43,811 nt of DNA from assembly GCA_033764955.1 (NCBI GenBank), contig JANRIL010000033.1:1-43811 (forward strand), read 5' to 3'. A program made the position numbers and the translations under genes. Of the stretch, positions 1 to 10,917 are shown piece by piece (positions within the stretch are counted from its first letter, which is position 1; each line of letters starts with the position of its first letter). The notes below the pieces were generated by a model, which had not been told where the DNA came from, did no database searches, and saw only the letters and a list, made by a program, of their open reading frames with translations. The stretch comes from Cyanobacteriota bacterium (GTDB taxonomy: Bacteria; Cyanobacteriota; Cyanobacteriia; Thermostichales; Thermostichaceae).

Positions 1-96
1 GTGATGCATGAGCGCAATGCCCACAACTTCCCGCTGGATTTGGCGGCGGCTGAGGTGTCTCCTGTGGCTCTCTCTGCTCCGGCTGTGCATGGTTAA
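1..96 (+). CDS. psbA: Photosystem II D1 protein, 3' end (partial)
   Basis: Frame 1 reads [31 protein letters not shown], the conserved D1 C-terminus with a 16-aa cleavable extension. Not in the ORF track because it is truncated by the window edge. Confidence 0.97.
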   Translation: MMHERNAHNFPLDLAAAEVSPVALSAPAVHG

Positions 97-143
97 TTGT
101 TGGCCTGAGCTGACTATTACGTATACGTAGACAAACAAAAAAC

Positions 144-185
144 AAATAAGGGATCCCTGTTGATAGGAAGGGATCCCTTATTTTT
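144..185 (+). terminator. Intrinsic terminator downstream of psbA
   Basis: Perfect 15-bp inverted repeat AAATAAGGGATCCCT (144-158) / AGGGATCCCTTATTT (169-183) with a 10-nt loop, ending in a T-run (181-185). Confidence 0.8.
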
Positions 186-381
186 GCTTAGGGTAGGATT
201 CGTTCCCCTTTGACCAGTTTTTTTAGCAGAAGGTGTTCCTAGCCATCCTTAAGCTTCTGTGGAAATTTTTGGATCCCTAAGACTCAGAGAGGATAATGAG
301 CCATCAGCTTTTGGGAAGAGAGCCTGCTAGCTGTTGATGGATACCCTGTCCACGTTGTCATCTTAGCGAGGAGTCGCAACC

Positions 382-2913
382 ATGCAAACCCTGACTAACA
401 TCCCTTTGGAATGTCCTCCCGTACAGGTAGAAGATGATCGGACGGGTCTAAGCGTGGAAACCCTCAAGCGAGCCTTTCTGGATAATCTTTTCTATATTTT
501 GGGCAAATTTCCCCGTATTGCCACCCAGAACGACTATTATATGGCGCTGGCTTATACGGTGCGCGATCGGATGTTGCAACGCTGGATCAACACCGCCATT
601 ACCTATACCGAAGGGGGATCCCGCACGGTTGCTTATTTGTCGGCAGAGTTTCTGATGGGGCCACATTTGGGCAATAACCTGATCAACCTGGGAATTTATG
701 AGCAGGTAGCCGCCGCCGTCAATGAATTGGGACTAGAACTTAATGATCTCCTGGAACAAGAGGAAGAACCTGGGCTGGGCAATGGCGGTCTGGGGCGCTT
801 AGCCGCCTGTTATCTGGATTCGATGGCGAGTCTGGAAATTCCCTGTATGGGCTATGGCATTCGCTATGAATTCGGCATTTTTGACCAGGAGATCCGGGAT
901 GGCTGGCAGGTAGAAATCACCGATAAATGGTTGCGCTACGGTAATCCCTGGGAGTTAGCCCGACCGGAGTGGGAAGTGGAAGTCAAACTGGGGGGACATA
1001 CTGAAGCGTATACGGATGAGCATGGGCATTATCGGGTGCGATGGATCCCTTATCAGGTGATTAAGGGAGTCCCCTATGACACGCCTATTTTGGGCTACAA
1101 AACCAACACCGCCAATACCCTACGACTTTGGAAGGCAGAAGCGTGCGAATCCTTTGATTTTGCTGCTTTTAACTCAGGGGATTATTTCCGAGCTGTCTAT
1201 GAAAAAAGCGTTTCTGAAAACCTCAGCAAAGTTCTCTATCCCAACGATGAACAATCAGAAGGAAAGCGGCTGCGACTGATGCAACAAATCTTTTTTGTGT
1301 CCTGTTCTTTACAGGATATGATTCGGATTTTATTTCGTCAAAACCTACCGATTGAAACCTTTCACGAAAAATTTGTTATTCAGCTCAATGATACTCATCC
1401 TGCCATTGCGGTGGCAGAGTTGATGCGACTGTTGCTGGATGAGCATGGCCTGGCCTGGGATCCCGCCTGGGAAATCACCCGCCACTCCTTTGGTTATACA
1501 AACCATACCCTTTTACCCGAGGCTCTAGAGCGTTGGCCAATTGCGTTATTTAGCAGTCTTCTGCCTCGCCATCTTCAGATTATTTATGAAATTAATGCTC
1601 ACTTTTTGGATGATGTGCGGATTAAGTTTCCTGATGACGCCGAGCGATTAAAGCGCATGTCTCTCATCGATGAATCTGGGGAACGTTACGTGCGGATGGC
1701 ACATCTAGCCTGTGTGGGGAGTTATGCCATCAACGGAGTGGCTGCCCTGCATAGTGAACTACTGAAGCAGGATGTTTTGAAAGATTTTTATGAGATGTAT
1801 CCGCAGCGGTTTAGCAATAAAACCAATGGCGTAACCCCTCGTCGCTTTATGGTGCTCAGCAATCCTCGTCTCACCCAATTAATCACTGACAAAATTGGAG
1901 ATAACTGGATCAAAGATTTGACCCAATTGCACCGCTTAGAATCCTTTGTGGATGATCCCGGTTTCCGTAGTCAGTGGAGGCAGATTAAACATGCTATCAA
2001 GGAGGATCTAGCCAACCATATTCACAAAACTCTGGGGATCCAAGTCAATCCTGACTCCCTATTTGATATTCAGGCCAAACGTATTCACGAATATAAACGG
2101 CAACACCTGAATGTTCTCTACATTATTACCCTCTATAATCGCTTGAAGGATAACCCCAATTTGGATATAACCCCTCGTACGTTCTTGTTTGGAGGAAAAG
2201 CGGCTCCTGGCTATTACATGGCGAAATTGATCATTAAATTGATCAATTCGGTGGGACAGGTGGTTAACCACGACCCGGATGTGCGGGGTAAGCTGAAGGT
2301 CGTGTTTATGACCGACTACAACGTTAAATTTGCCCAACGGGTCTATCCGGCGGCGGATTTGTCAGAGCAAATTTCTTTGGCGGGTAAGGAAGCCTCTGGC
2401 ACTGGCAACATGAAGTTTGCCATGAATGGAGCCTTAACGATGGGTACTTTGGATGGAGCCAATGTTGAAATTCGTGAAGAGGTGGGATCCGAAAATTTCT
2501 TCCTATTTGGGCTAACGGCTCCTGAGGTGGCGGAGTTAAAAGCGAGTGGTTATAACCCCCACGCTTACTATCAGCAGAACCCTGAACTGAAGCGGGTGAT
2601 CGATCGGATTGCGTCTGGGTTTTTCTCCCACGGGGATCCCCAATTGTTCCGCCCGTTGGTAGAGAGCCTCCTCTATCGGGATCCCTATCTGCTGTTAGCC
2701 GACTATGCCTCTTATGTAGAACGACAGGATGAAGCCAGCCAAGTCTACCGCGATCAAGATCGCTGGACGCGCATGGCGATTTTTAATGTAGCTCGCATGG
2801 GCAAATTTTCCTCCGATCGCTCCATTCAGGATTATTGCAAGGATATTTGGCAGGTCGAACCTGTCAGCATCGCCATCAAAGAGTCCCAATTTATCAGCAT
2901 GATCAAAACGTAA
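382..2913 (+). CDS. glgP: Glycogen/starch phosphorylase
   Basis: 843 aa. Motifs EPGLGNGGLGRLAAC, QLNDTHP, KRIHEYKRQ and the PLP-lysine motif KEASGTGNMKF. RBS GAGGAG upstream. Confidence 0.97.
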   Translation: MQTLTNIPLECPPVQVEDDRTGLSVETLKRAFLDNLFYILGKFPRIATQNDYYMALAYTVRDRMLQRWINTAITYTEGGSRTVAYLSAEFLMGPHLGNNLINLGIYEQVAAAVNELGLELNDLLEQEEEPGLGNGGLGRLAACYLDSMASLEIPCMGYGIRYEFGIFDQEIRDGWQVEITDKWLRYGNPWELARPEWEVEVKLGGHTEAYTDEHGHYRVRWIPYQVIKGVPYDTPILGYKTNTANTLRLWKAEACESFDFAAFNSGDYFRAVYEKSVSENLSKVLYPNDEQSEGKRLRLMQQIFFVSCSLQDMIRILFRQNLPIETFHEKFVIQLNDTHPAIAVAELMRLLLDEHGLAWDPAWEITRHSFGYTNHTLLPEALERWPIALFSSLLPRHLQIIYEINAHFLDDVRIKFPDDAERLKRMSLIDESGERYVRMAHLACVGSYAINGVAALHSELLKQDVLKDFYEMYPQRFSNKTNGVTPRRFMVLSNPRLTQLITDKIGDNWIKDLTQLHRLESFVDDPGFRSQWRQIKHAIKEDLANHIHKTLGIQVNPDSLFDIQAKRIHEYKRQHLNVLYIITLYNRLKDNPNLDITPRTFLFGGKAAPGYYMAKLIIKLINSVGQVVNHDPDVRGKLKVVFMTDYNVKFAQRVYPAADLSEQISLAGKEASGTGNMKFAMNGALTMGTLDGANVEIREEVGSENFFLFGLTAPEVAELKASGYNPHAYYQQNPELKRVIDRIASGFFSHGDPQLFRPLVESLLYRDPYLLLADYASYVERQDEASQVYRDQDRWTRMAIFNVARMGKFSSDRSIQDYCKDIWQVEPVSIAIKESQFISMIKT

Positions 2914-2916
2914 TGC

Positions 2917-3435
2917 TTACAGTAGGGGTTTCTTCCAATAAATGAGGGCATCGGCGGATCTGCCATCCTCCAACGAGTAATAGCCTTTGCGCCGCCCCAC
3001 CACCTGAAACCCCAAATTTTCGTAAAGAGAGCGAGCCGCCTGATTATCCTCCTGAACTTCCAGGGTGGCCCACTCACAACCCTGGTTAGCCGCGAGTCTG
3101 CATAACTGATGCAGCAAGCAACGAGCAATCCCCCGTCGTCGATGCCGAGGATGCACCGCCAGGGAAATCAGATGAGCTTCGTTGAAAATCTGCCAAAGGA
3201 TGGCAAATCCAACCAGGCTCTCACCGTCAACGGAAAGCGGGGATCCCTCCTCTCCGTTTGCTTGCCAAAAGCTCCCCCAGACCAGACTATTCGGACGCTC
3301 CAGCTCATCAAGATACCCTTGGGCACTCCAGTAGCCGCCATAGCAAACGTGATCGAGGGTCAACATCGCCTCTAAATGGCTGGGGGTGAGGGGAGCCAAG
3401 CGATAAGGGAGGGCACTAGCATCGGGTACGGTCAT
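2917..3435 (-). CDS. rimI: Ribosomal-protein-alanine N-acetyltransferase (GNAT)
   Basis: Motifs EAHLISLAVHPRHRRRGIA, TLEV..N..A..LYENLGF and GRRKGYY. Start placed at ATG 3435 (MTVPD) rather than the ORF-track start at 3489. Confidence 0.88.
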   Translation of the reverse strand: MTVPDASALPYRLAPLTPSHLEAMLTLDHVCYGGYWSAQGYLDELERPNSLVWGSFWQANGEEGSPLSVDGESLVGFAILWQIFNEAHLISLAVHPRHRRRGIARCLLHQLCRLAANQGCEWATLEVQEDNQAARSLYENLGFQVVGRRKGYYSLEDGRSADALIYWKKPLL

Positions 3436-3640
3436 AAAAAAGGCCAGCAGGGATCCCGGTAGCCCCAGGAGGAATAGAGGAGCAATCAAGAAGATAATTT
3501 GCTCAAATCCTAGCGAAGGTTAATCTTTGTGGCGATTTTGCTATCGTTCAGACCAAGGTTCGATAAATTTTGTTGAGGTTGCTTCTTGCCCCCTGCCTGA
3601 TCCCCTATTTGGAGGGGATCCCTGTCGCTAATTCTGTTGA

Positions 3641-4654
<1,014 letters not shown>

Positions 4655-4838
4655 CTGATCCAACATTTCTGGCTGAAGCAGTGACCCCTCAGCCGGATGA
4701 AAGCTCCATAAGAGCAGCATGAGAAGTCGTAACCGTGGCTTGTCGAAGATGGGTGAAATCCAGTAGAGAAGTAGTAAGGAATATAAAGAAATCGTAAATT
4801 GCTCTCTACTCCAGCTTTCTCAAAAAGCTGCCTCGGTC

Positions 4839-6128
4839 ATGCCATCCCGCCCCAATGTTTTGCCCCTGCTCGGTTGTCTGTTGCTGGTGAGCGGTTGTAG
4901 CCCCGCCTCTTTAGCCCAGCGCTCCCAGTCTGCTCAACCAGCAGCCTCCCCTCCTCCGCAAGCTCCCCCCGAACAAGGCAGCCCCCGTCCCGTGGCAGTA
5001 GAGGCGGCCTCCGTCGCTATCGGATCCCTGCGGGTAGGGCGGGAATACACCGGCACAACCCAACCCTGGCGTAGTGTCGTTCTACGGGCGCGCACGGAAG
5101 GATTGCTGCTCAACCTGGCGGTGGATGTAGGGGATCCTGTGCAGCCGGATCAAGTGATCGGCGAGTTGGATGATGCCCTTCTGCAAACGGCTCTGAATCA
5201 GGCTCGTTCCCAACTATTGGCCTTGCAGGCACAGGTGTCCCAAGCAGAAGCGCAGGTGAGCCGCGCCAAAGCAGAGGTCGAACAGGTGCGTCTAGAGTGG
5301 CAACAGGCGCTCGCCGATGCCCAGCGCTCCCAAGCGTTAGCTGAGGCTGGGGCGCTCTCGGCGCAGCAGGCTGAGCAGGATCACCTAGTGGCGCTCACCG
5401 CCGAACAATCCCTCCGTACCGCCCAGGAAGAGGTACGCAGCCAAGAACAAACCGTTTTGGCACAACAGGCCAGTGTGGCGGCGCAGCAGGCAGTGCTGGC
5501 TCAGGCGGAAGAGCGTCTATCCTATACTCGCCTGCGGTCTCCCTTAAGCGGCGTGGTTGTGGAACGGCTGAGTGAGCCAGGTAACTTACTTCAAACCGGG
5601 CAAGAAATTTTGAGCCTAGGGGATTTTAGTCAAGTCAAAGTCAATGTTTCCCTTTCGGAGTTGCAACTGGGTGAAGTGCAGGTGGGGCAATCGGTTCAGG
5701 TCAGTTTGGATGCTTTCCCTGGACAGTCCTGGCAGGGGCGGGTCAACCGCATTTCTCCTGCCGCCGACCCCGAAACCCGTTTAGTTCCCGTGGAGGTGGT
5801 GATGCCCAATCCACAAGCGCGCCTGGGTAGCGGTCTTTTGGCACGGGTGGAGTTTGCCGGAGCGGGATCCCAGCAGATGGTTTTGCCGGAAAGCGCCCTT
5901 CAATCCACAGGTTCAGATCCACAAGTGTTTGTGGTAGTGGGGCAAGGGGAATCAACGATGGTGCAAGTTCGCTCTGTTGAAGTGGGGGAAGTTATGGATG
6001 GCAAAGTCGAGATTTTGTCAGGGTTATCTGCCGGTGAATCGGTGGTGATCCGCAGTGCCAGCCCCCTCACCGATGGGCAAAGGGTGCGCTTGAGTTTGTT
6101 ATCGCAGCCCACTCAGCAGGAAGGATGA
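4839..6128 (+). CDS. RND efflux periplasmic adaptor (MFP), lipoprotein
   Basis: Lipobox LLVSGC, lipoyl halves (VDVGDPV, RSPLSGVV), long coiled-coil hairpin and GRVNRISPAADPETR. ATGA overlap with the next gene. Confidence 0.92.
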   Translation: MPSRPNVLPLLGCLLLVSGCSPASLAQRSQSAQPAASPPPQAPPEQGSPRPVAVEAASVAIGSLRVGREYTGTTQPWRSVVLRARTEGLLLNLAVDVGDPVQPDQVIGELDDALLQTALNQARSQLLALQAQVSQAEAQVSRAKAEVEQVRLEWQQALADAQRSQALAEAGALSAQQAEQDHLVALTAEQSLRTAQEEVRSQEQTVLAQQASVAAQQAVLAQAEERLSYTRLRSPLSGVVVERLSEPGNLLQTGQEILSLGDFSQVKVNVSLSELQLGEVQVGQSVQVSLDAFPGQSWQGRVNRISPAADPETRLVPVEVVMPNPQARLGSGLLARVEFAGAGSQQMVLPESALQSTGSDPQVFVVVGQGESTMVQVRSVEVGEVMDGKVEILSGLSAGESVVIRSASPLTDGQRVRLSLLSQPTQQEG

Positions 6129-9100
6129 TCCTCATGGCTAGTTTGTCTTCCCCCTCTCACCCCCCCCGACCGTCCCTGAGTGTGGCGGGATTATCGATTC
6201 GCCGCCATATCGCTACGCTCGTTTTAACTATCGCCGTGGTTGTGCTGGGGGGATTTTATCTGGCTCGTCTGCCGATTGATCTGTTGCCCTCGATTACCTA
6301 TCCCCGCATTGCGGTGCGGGTGAATGCGCCTGGGTTGGCTCCCGAAATTGCCGTGGACGAAATTACCCGTCCCCTAGAAGAAGCGGTAGCTACCACAGAA
6401 GGTGTCGTACAAGTATTTTCCCAAACCCGCGAAGGGCGAGTCAGCGTCGATCTCTACTTTCAGCCGGGGGGCAACATCGACCAAGCTCTCAATGACACCA
6501 CAGCCACCGTCAATCGCTCCTTGGGTAGCCTGCCCGATACGATCGAGCCCCCGCGCATTTTTAAGTTTGATCCCTCTCAACTGCCTGTTTATGAATTTGC
6601 CCTAACCTCCGATAGTTTGACCAGTCAGCAATTGCGGATATTTGGCGATGAAGAACTGGCGCGGGAGTTGGGGGTGGTCGCCGGGGTCGCCTCGGTGGAT
6701 GTGGCCGGGGGATCCCCAGAAGAAGTTCGCATCGAATTGGATCTGAATCGGTTGCAATCCTTGGGCTTGGGGCTAACCGACGTTTTGAATGGTCTGCGGG
6801 AACGCAACCTAGATGTTTCGGGGGGACGAATTGAGACTGGCAACGGCGAAATTCTCACCCGCACCCTGGGACGTTTTACCTCAGCAGAGGGGATTGAGAA
6901 CTTGCCTTTTGCCACCGCCAACGGACAACTGATCCCATTGCGGGATTTTGCCGAGGTGATTGATGGTGCCCAAGAAGAGCGGGTGGTGATCACCCTGAAT
7001 GGAGGGCCTGCTGTCAAAGTCAGCATTCAAAAACAGCCAGAGGCTAACACGGTGGCAGTTGTGGATGGGGTGAAGCGGCGGCTTGAGCAGTTACGGCAAT
7101 CGGGCTTAATTTCTCCAGATATGCAACTGACCGCCACCAACGATGAGTCCCGCTTTATTCGCAGTTCCATTCAGAATGTGGCGATGTCCGGTCTGTCGGG
7201 GGCGGTGTTAGCGGGTATTGCCGTCTTTCTCTTTTTGGGATCCCTGCGCCAAACCCTGATTATCATCCTGGCGATTCCTCTGGCGACGATGGCCGCCATT
7301 ATTTTGATGGGCTTGTTTGGCCTCACCCTGAATATCTTTAGTTTGGGAGGGTTAGCGCTGGGTGTGGGCATCGTGGTGGACAACTCGATTGTCATGATGG
7401 AAAACATTGCCAACGGAGTCCGCCGGATTGTCAGGGATCCTCTCCATCCCGAGCGCTATAGTCAGCAGGTGATCGAGCAGGCCGAACGCAGTAGCCAAGA
7501 ACTAGAATCGGCTCTGCTGGCTTCTACCACCACCAACCTAGTATCAGTGACTCCTTTCCTGCTCTTGGGGGGACTGATTGCCCTTTTGTTTAATGAGTTG
7601 GTCTTGACCATCAGTTTTTCAGTGGCGGCCTCCCTTTTGGTAGGGCTAACTATCGTGCCCATGCTTACCTCCCGTTTGCTAGCCCTGCCCTGGTCAAGTG
7701 GCCTTCAGCAATCGCCCTTGTTGCGGGGCTTTCATCGCGGGGTCGTGGGCTTGACGGTGGCCTATCAACAAACCCTCAGCCAGATCCTCAGCAAACCTCT
7801 GCTGGTTTTGGTTCTGGTGATCCTAGTTTTGGGGGGAGGGGGAACGTGGATGGCAGGGCAGATTTCCCAAGAGATTTTGCCCCGCATCAGCACAGGCTTG
7901 GTCAATTTGTCCGCTCAATTTCCGTCGGGCACACCCCTATCAGCTAATCGGCGGGTCATGCAAGCACTGGATGAAATCCTGCTGGCTCAACCCCAGACGG
8001 ACTATGTGTTCACCACCTCCGGCGGATCCCTGTTTGGCAACAACATCAACGAAAACCCCTTGAGGGGATCCAGCACGATCACCCTCAAAGCGGGTAGCAA
8101 TGTGGAGGGCTTTATTGAGCAGGTGGATCCCTTGCTAAGTCGCCTCAATTTGGTAGGAACTCGCTTGCGGCTCAACCCTGGCTCGGTGCGGGGACTGGTG
8201 ACGACCAACTCCCCTGTGCGCGCTGACATCGATGTGATCCTGCAGAGCGATGATCCGCAACCGTTGCAGCAAGCCGGACAACAGGTGTTAGCCGCTCTCG
8301 ATGCCCAGGCCAAACTGGCTCGTTATCGACCTGATGCGGAGGATCCCCAACCGGAAATCCAAATTCAGCCGGACTGGCAACGGGCGGCGGCGTTGGGTCT
8401 GACTACGGAGGATATCGGCGATACGGTTGCCACCGCCCTCCAGGGATCCGTCCCCACCCGTCTGCAACGGGGCAACCGCTTGGTGGATGTGCGGGTGCAA
8501 CTGGCGGAGGGATCCCTGACTAGCCCCTCTCAGGTGGCAACCGTGCCCTTATTTGTCGGGGATGGGCAACCAATTCGCTTGGGAGATGTAGCAACCCTCG
8601 GAGTAGGACAAGCCCCTGGAGAAGTTCAGCGCCTTAACCAACGGCAGGTGTTTATCATTACGGGAACCCTGAATGAAGGGGTGAGCTATAGCCAAGCCGC
8701 CCAGGAAATGGAGTCCATTCTGGGACAACTCACCCTACCCTCTGGGGTGACTGTTTTGCCCAGCACAACCGCCCAATCTAACCGCGAACTGCGTAATTCC
8801 CTGATTACCCTGGGACTTTTGGCCTCTTTCTTGGTGTTTGTGGTGATGGCCGTGCAATACAACTCCTTAGTGGATCCGTTAGTGATTATGTTAACGATTC
8901 CCCTCTCCTTGGTGGGTGGGATCCTGGGGCTGTATGTCACCCAGACGGCAATGGGAGCCTCGGTGATTGTGGGGGCTGTGCTCTTGGTGGGGATCGTAGT
9001 GAATAACGCCATTTTGATGGTGGAATTAGCCAACCAAATTCGTCAAGAGCAGGGGGTTGATGTTCAGCAAGCCATCTGGTTGGCGGCTCCGCAACGACTG

Positions 9101-9364
9101 CAACCGATTTTGATGACTACCATCACCACAGTTTTAGGGCTATTTCCTTTGGCAGTAGGGGGAGGGGAAGGCTCCGAATTGTTACAGCCTCTGGGGATTG
9201 TGGTCTTTTCGGGGCTATCGCTAGCCACCTTGCTCACGCTGTTTGTCATCCCTTGTTTTTATGTGGTTTTACACCGTTTGTTGAGCAGTCGGCAGCAACG
9301 GATCCCAGATACTCTCGATTGGCAAGATCTGGCGGCAAAAGTCAAAGTCACCACTCAGGATTAA
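6125..9364 (+). CDS. RND efflux permease (AcrB/AcrD/AcrF family)
   Basis: 1079 aa. Motifs LPIDLLPSITYP, GIVVDNSIVMMENI, GIVVNNAILMVE and RLQPILMTTITT, with two large periplasmic domains. Confidence 0.95.
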   Translation: MILMASLSSPSHPPRPSLSVAGLSIRRHIATLVLTIAVVVLGGFYLARLPIDLLPSITYPRIAVRVNAPGLAPEIAVDEITRPLEEAVATTEGVVQVFSQTREGRVSVDLYFQPGGNIDQALNDTTATVNRSLGSLPDTIEPPRIFKFDPSQLPVYEFALTSDSLTSQQLRIFGDEELARELGVVAGVASVDVAGGSPEEVRIELDLNRLQSLGLGLTDVLNGLRERNLDVSGGRIETGNGEILTRTLGRFTSAEGIENLPFATANGQLIPLRDFAEVIDGAQEERVVITLNGGPAVKVSIQKQPEANTVAVVDGVKRRLEQLRQSGLISPDMQLTATNDESRFIRSSIQNVAMSGLSGAVLAGIAVFLFLGSLRQTLIIILAIPLATMAAIILMGLFGLTLNIFSLGGLALGVGIVVDNSIVMMENIANGVRRIVRDPLHPERYSQQVIEQAERSSQELESALLASTTTNLVSVTPFLLLGGLIALLFNELVLTISFSVAASLLVGLTIVPMLTSRLLALPWSSGLQQSPLLRGFHRGVVGLTVAYQQTLSQILSKPLLVLVLVILVLGGGGTWMAGQISQEILPRISTGLVNLSAQFPSGTPLSANRRVMQALDEILLAQPQTDYVFTTSGGSLFGNNINENPLRGSSTITLKAGSNVEGFIEQVDPLLSRLNLVGTRLRLNPGSVRGLVTTNSPVRADIDVILQSDDPQPLQQAGQQVLAALDAQAKLARYRPDAEDPQPEIQIQPDWQRAAALGLTTEDIGDTVATALQGSVPTRLQRGNRLVDVRVQLAEGSLTSPSQVATVPLFVGDGQPIRLGDVATLGVGQAPGEVQRLNQRQVFIITGTLNEGVSYSQAAQEMESILGQLTLPSGVTVLPSTTAQSNRELRNSLITLGLLASFLVFVVMAVQYNSLVDPLVIMLTIPLSLVGGILGLYVTQTAMGASVIVGAVLLVGIVVNNAILMVELANQIRQEQGVDVQQAIWLAAPQRLQPILMTTITTVLGLFPLAVGGGEGSELLQPLGIVVFSGLSLATLLTLFVIPCFYVVLHRLLSSRQQRIPDTLDWQDLAAKVKVTTQD

Positions 9365-9538
9365 AAAGTGGGTAGTGCCCTGGAGGTAATGCTGGCAAAT
9401 TCAGCGGGATGCTAATTGAGAACGAACAAAGCCTACAACGCTCATTCCAGGTTACCTATTCTCAATAAGGTAACCCTGTAGAATATCCTGTTATTTATAG
9501 CTATTACTTGAATAGGACTACCTAATTGAGGAGAAGTA

Positions 9539-9646
9539 GTGGAAGTCAGTTTCCGTTCTTCATTCCAACGTTCTTTCAAAAGGCTCATCAAAGGTAATGC
9601 GGGCTTGGAAGCTAGGTTTTGGTGGAGGTTGGAACAGTCTATATAA
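9539..9646 (+). pseudogene. Truncated RelE/StbE/YafQ-family toxin remnant
   Basis: RBS GAGGAG (9528-9533), then GTG-started VEVSFRSSFQRSFKRLIKGNAGLEARFWWRLEQSI*. This resembles the N-terminus of cyanobacterial RelE/YafQ-like toxins, and the C-terminal half is missing. A TAG overlaps the GTG (TAGTG), as in toxin-antitoxin operons. Confidence 0.55.
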
Positions 9647-9942
9647 TGCTTCCAAATATCATCAAGAGAGTTATTGGAATGACTACCGTTTATTTTTGAA
9701 AATTCTCACCCTAGGGAACTTTGCGGAGACCCTCCAGTCAAGATATACACTTCATCGCCAATTTAGGCTGGATCCCACCTTCAGGGATAGCTTGACGTGA
9801 GTATGGAGCAGCCGATGGTTTCCCTATTGGCCTGAGACTGTTGAGATGGATACTACTCAATCCATGCCGTTTGTTCTAGCCTATCTGGTTGGACTGTGAT
9901 TTGTTCTGGATGATTCTCATTAAGCAAGGAGATTCTGGTTTT

Positions 9943-10749
9943 ATGAAAAGAAGACAATCGTTCGTAGCAACATTGGTGGCTTCTGTCAGTGCGGTTGCCC
10001 TTTTTGGTAGCGTCACGGGGGGATCCCTATGGTTCCCGCCCGCCCAAGCCCAAGAGAAAAAACTGGTGATGGGCACTTCCCCCGACTATCCGCCCTATGA
10101 ATTTTATGACACCTCCGGCGGCCAAGAAAAAATTGTCGGGTTTGATGTGGATATCGCCAACTACATTGGAGAAAAGTTGGGCTATGAGATCGAGATCTCC
10201 GGTATGGACTTTAATGGGTTGATTCCTGCCCTGCAAGCTAAGCGGGTAGATTTTGTCATGGCCGGTATGACCCCCACCGAAGAACGGAAGCAAAATGTGG
10301 ATTTCAGTGATATCTACTTTGAAGCAAAAAATACGATTGTTGCCAAAAAGGGCAGTAACTTCAAAACGGCTGCGGATCTCTCTGGCAAAAAAGTAGGCGT
10401 ACAACTGGGCACGATTCAAGAGGGAGATGCCAAAGACATCGCAGAAAAAGATACCACCGTGCAAGTAGTCTCCCTCAATAAAGTGGGGGAAATTGTGCAG
10501 GAGATCAAAGCCGGACGGATTGATGCCGCCATTATCGAAGATACCGTGGCAGCAGGCTTTACCACCTCCAACCCCGATCTGGAGTTTAATGTCATTCCCA
10601 GCGAAGGTCCCAGTGGATCGGCGGTAGCTTTTCCCAAGGGATCCGATGCCTTGGTGGCCGAATTTAACAAGGTCTTGGCGGAAATGAAGGAAAGCGGGGA
10701 ACTGGAGAAGTTGGTTTTGAAGTGGTTTGGCGAAGGGGTTAGCCAGTAG
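9943..10749 (+). CDS. Polar amino-acid ABC transporter substrate-binding protein (SBP family 3)
   Basis: Motifs GTSPDYPPYEF, GFDVDIA, MDFNGLIPALQ, TEERKQNVDFSDIY and KVGVQLGTIQ. RBS AGGAG at 9927-9931, ATG at 9943, signal peptide ending AQA. Confidence 0.93.
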   Translation: MKRRQSFVATLVASVSAVALFGSVTGGSLWFPPAQAQEKKLVMGTSPDYPPYEFYDTSGGQEKIVGFDVDIANYIGEKLGYEIEISGMDFNGLIPALQAKRVDFVMAGMTPTEERKQNVDFSDIYFEAKNTIVAKKGSNFKTAADLSGKKVGVQLGTIQEGDAKDIAEKDTTVQVVSLNKVGEIVQEIKAGRIDAAIIEDTVAAGFTTSNPDLEFNVIPSEGPSGSAVAFPKGSDALVAEFNKVLAEMKESGELEKLVLKWFGEGVSQ

Positions 10750-10917
10750 CCTTAGTTTCAGATTAAGGCGACCACTAAAATATCTTCATTAAAATGGGGG
10801 AAGCGCGTTATTCAAGGCCGAGCTTCTCCCACTTTATTTTAATTGGGGTAGCAGAGAACTTTTGCCAGGGTCTTGATCTTGCTATCCTATGCAAACTGCT
10901 TCATCTCTGGAGAATTC

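Noticed and set aside
1..96. Atypical (rogue or chlorophyll f synthase-type) D1
   Set aside because: The visible C-terminus keeps the standard [13 protein letters not shown]n-cluster ligands and processing site. The rest of the gene is outside the window.
118..129. Perfect 12-bp palindrome TACGTATACGTA after psbA
   Set aside because: Single copy with no matching known site; a few such palindromes are expected by chance in 44 kb.
4839..9364. RND system lacking an outer-membrane factor and with DN/NN relay residues
   Set aside because: Cyanobacteria typically use a TolC encoded elsewhere, and these residue variants are common in this RND subgroup.
9450..9475. Imperfect hairpin GGTTACCTATT / AATAAGGTAACC as the RND terminator
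   Set aside because: Bulged stem with no U-tract; function cannot be supported.
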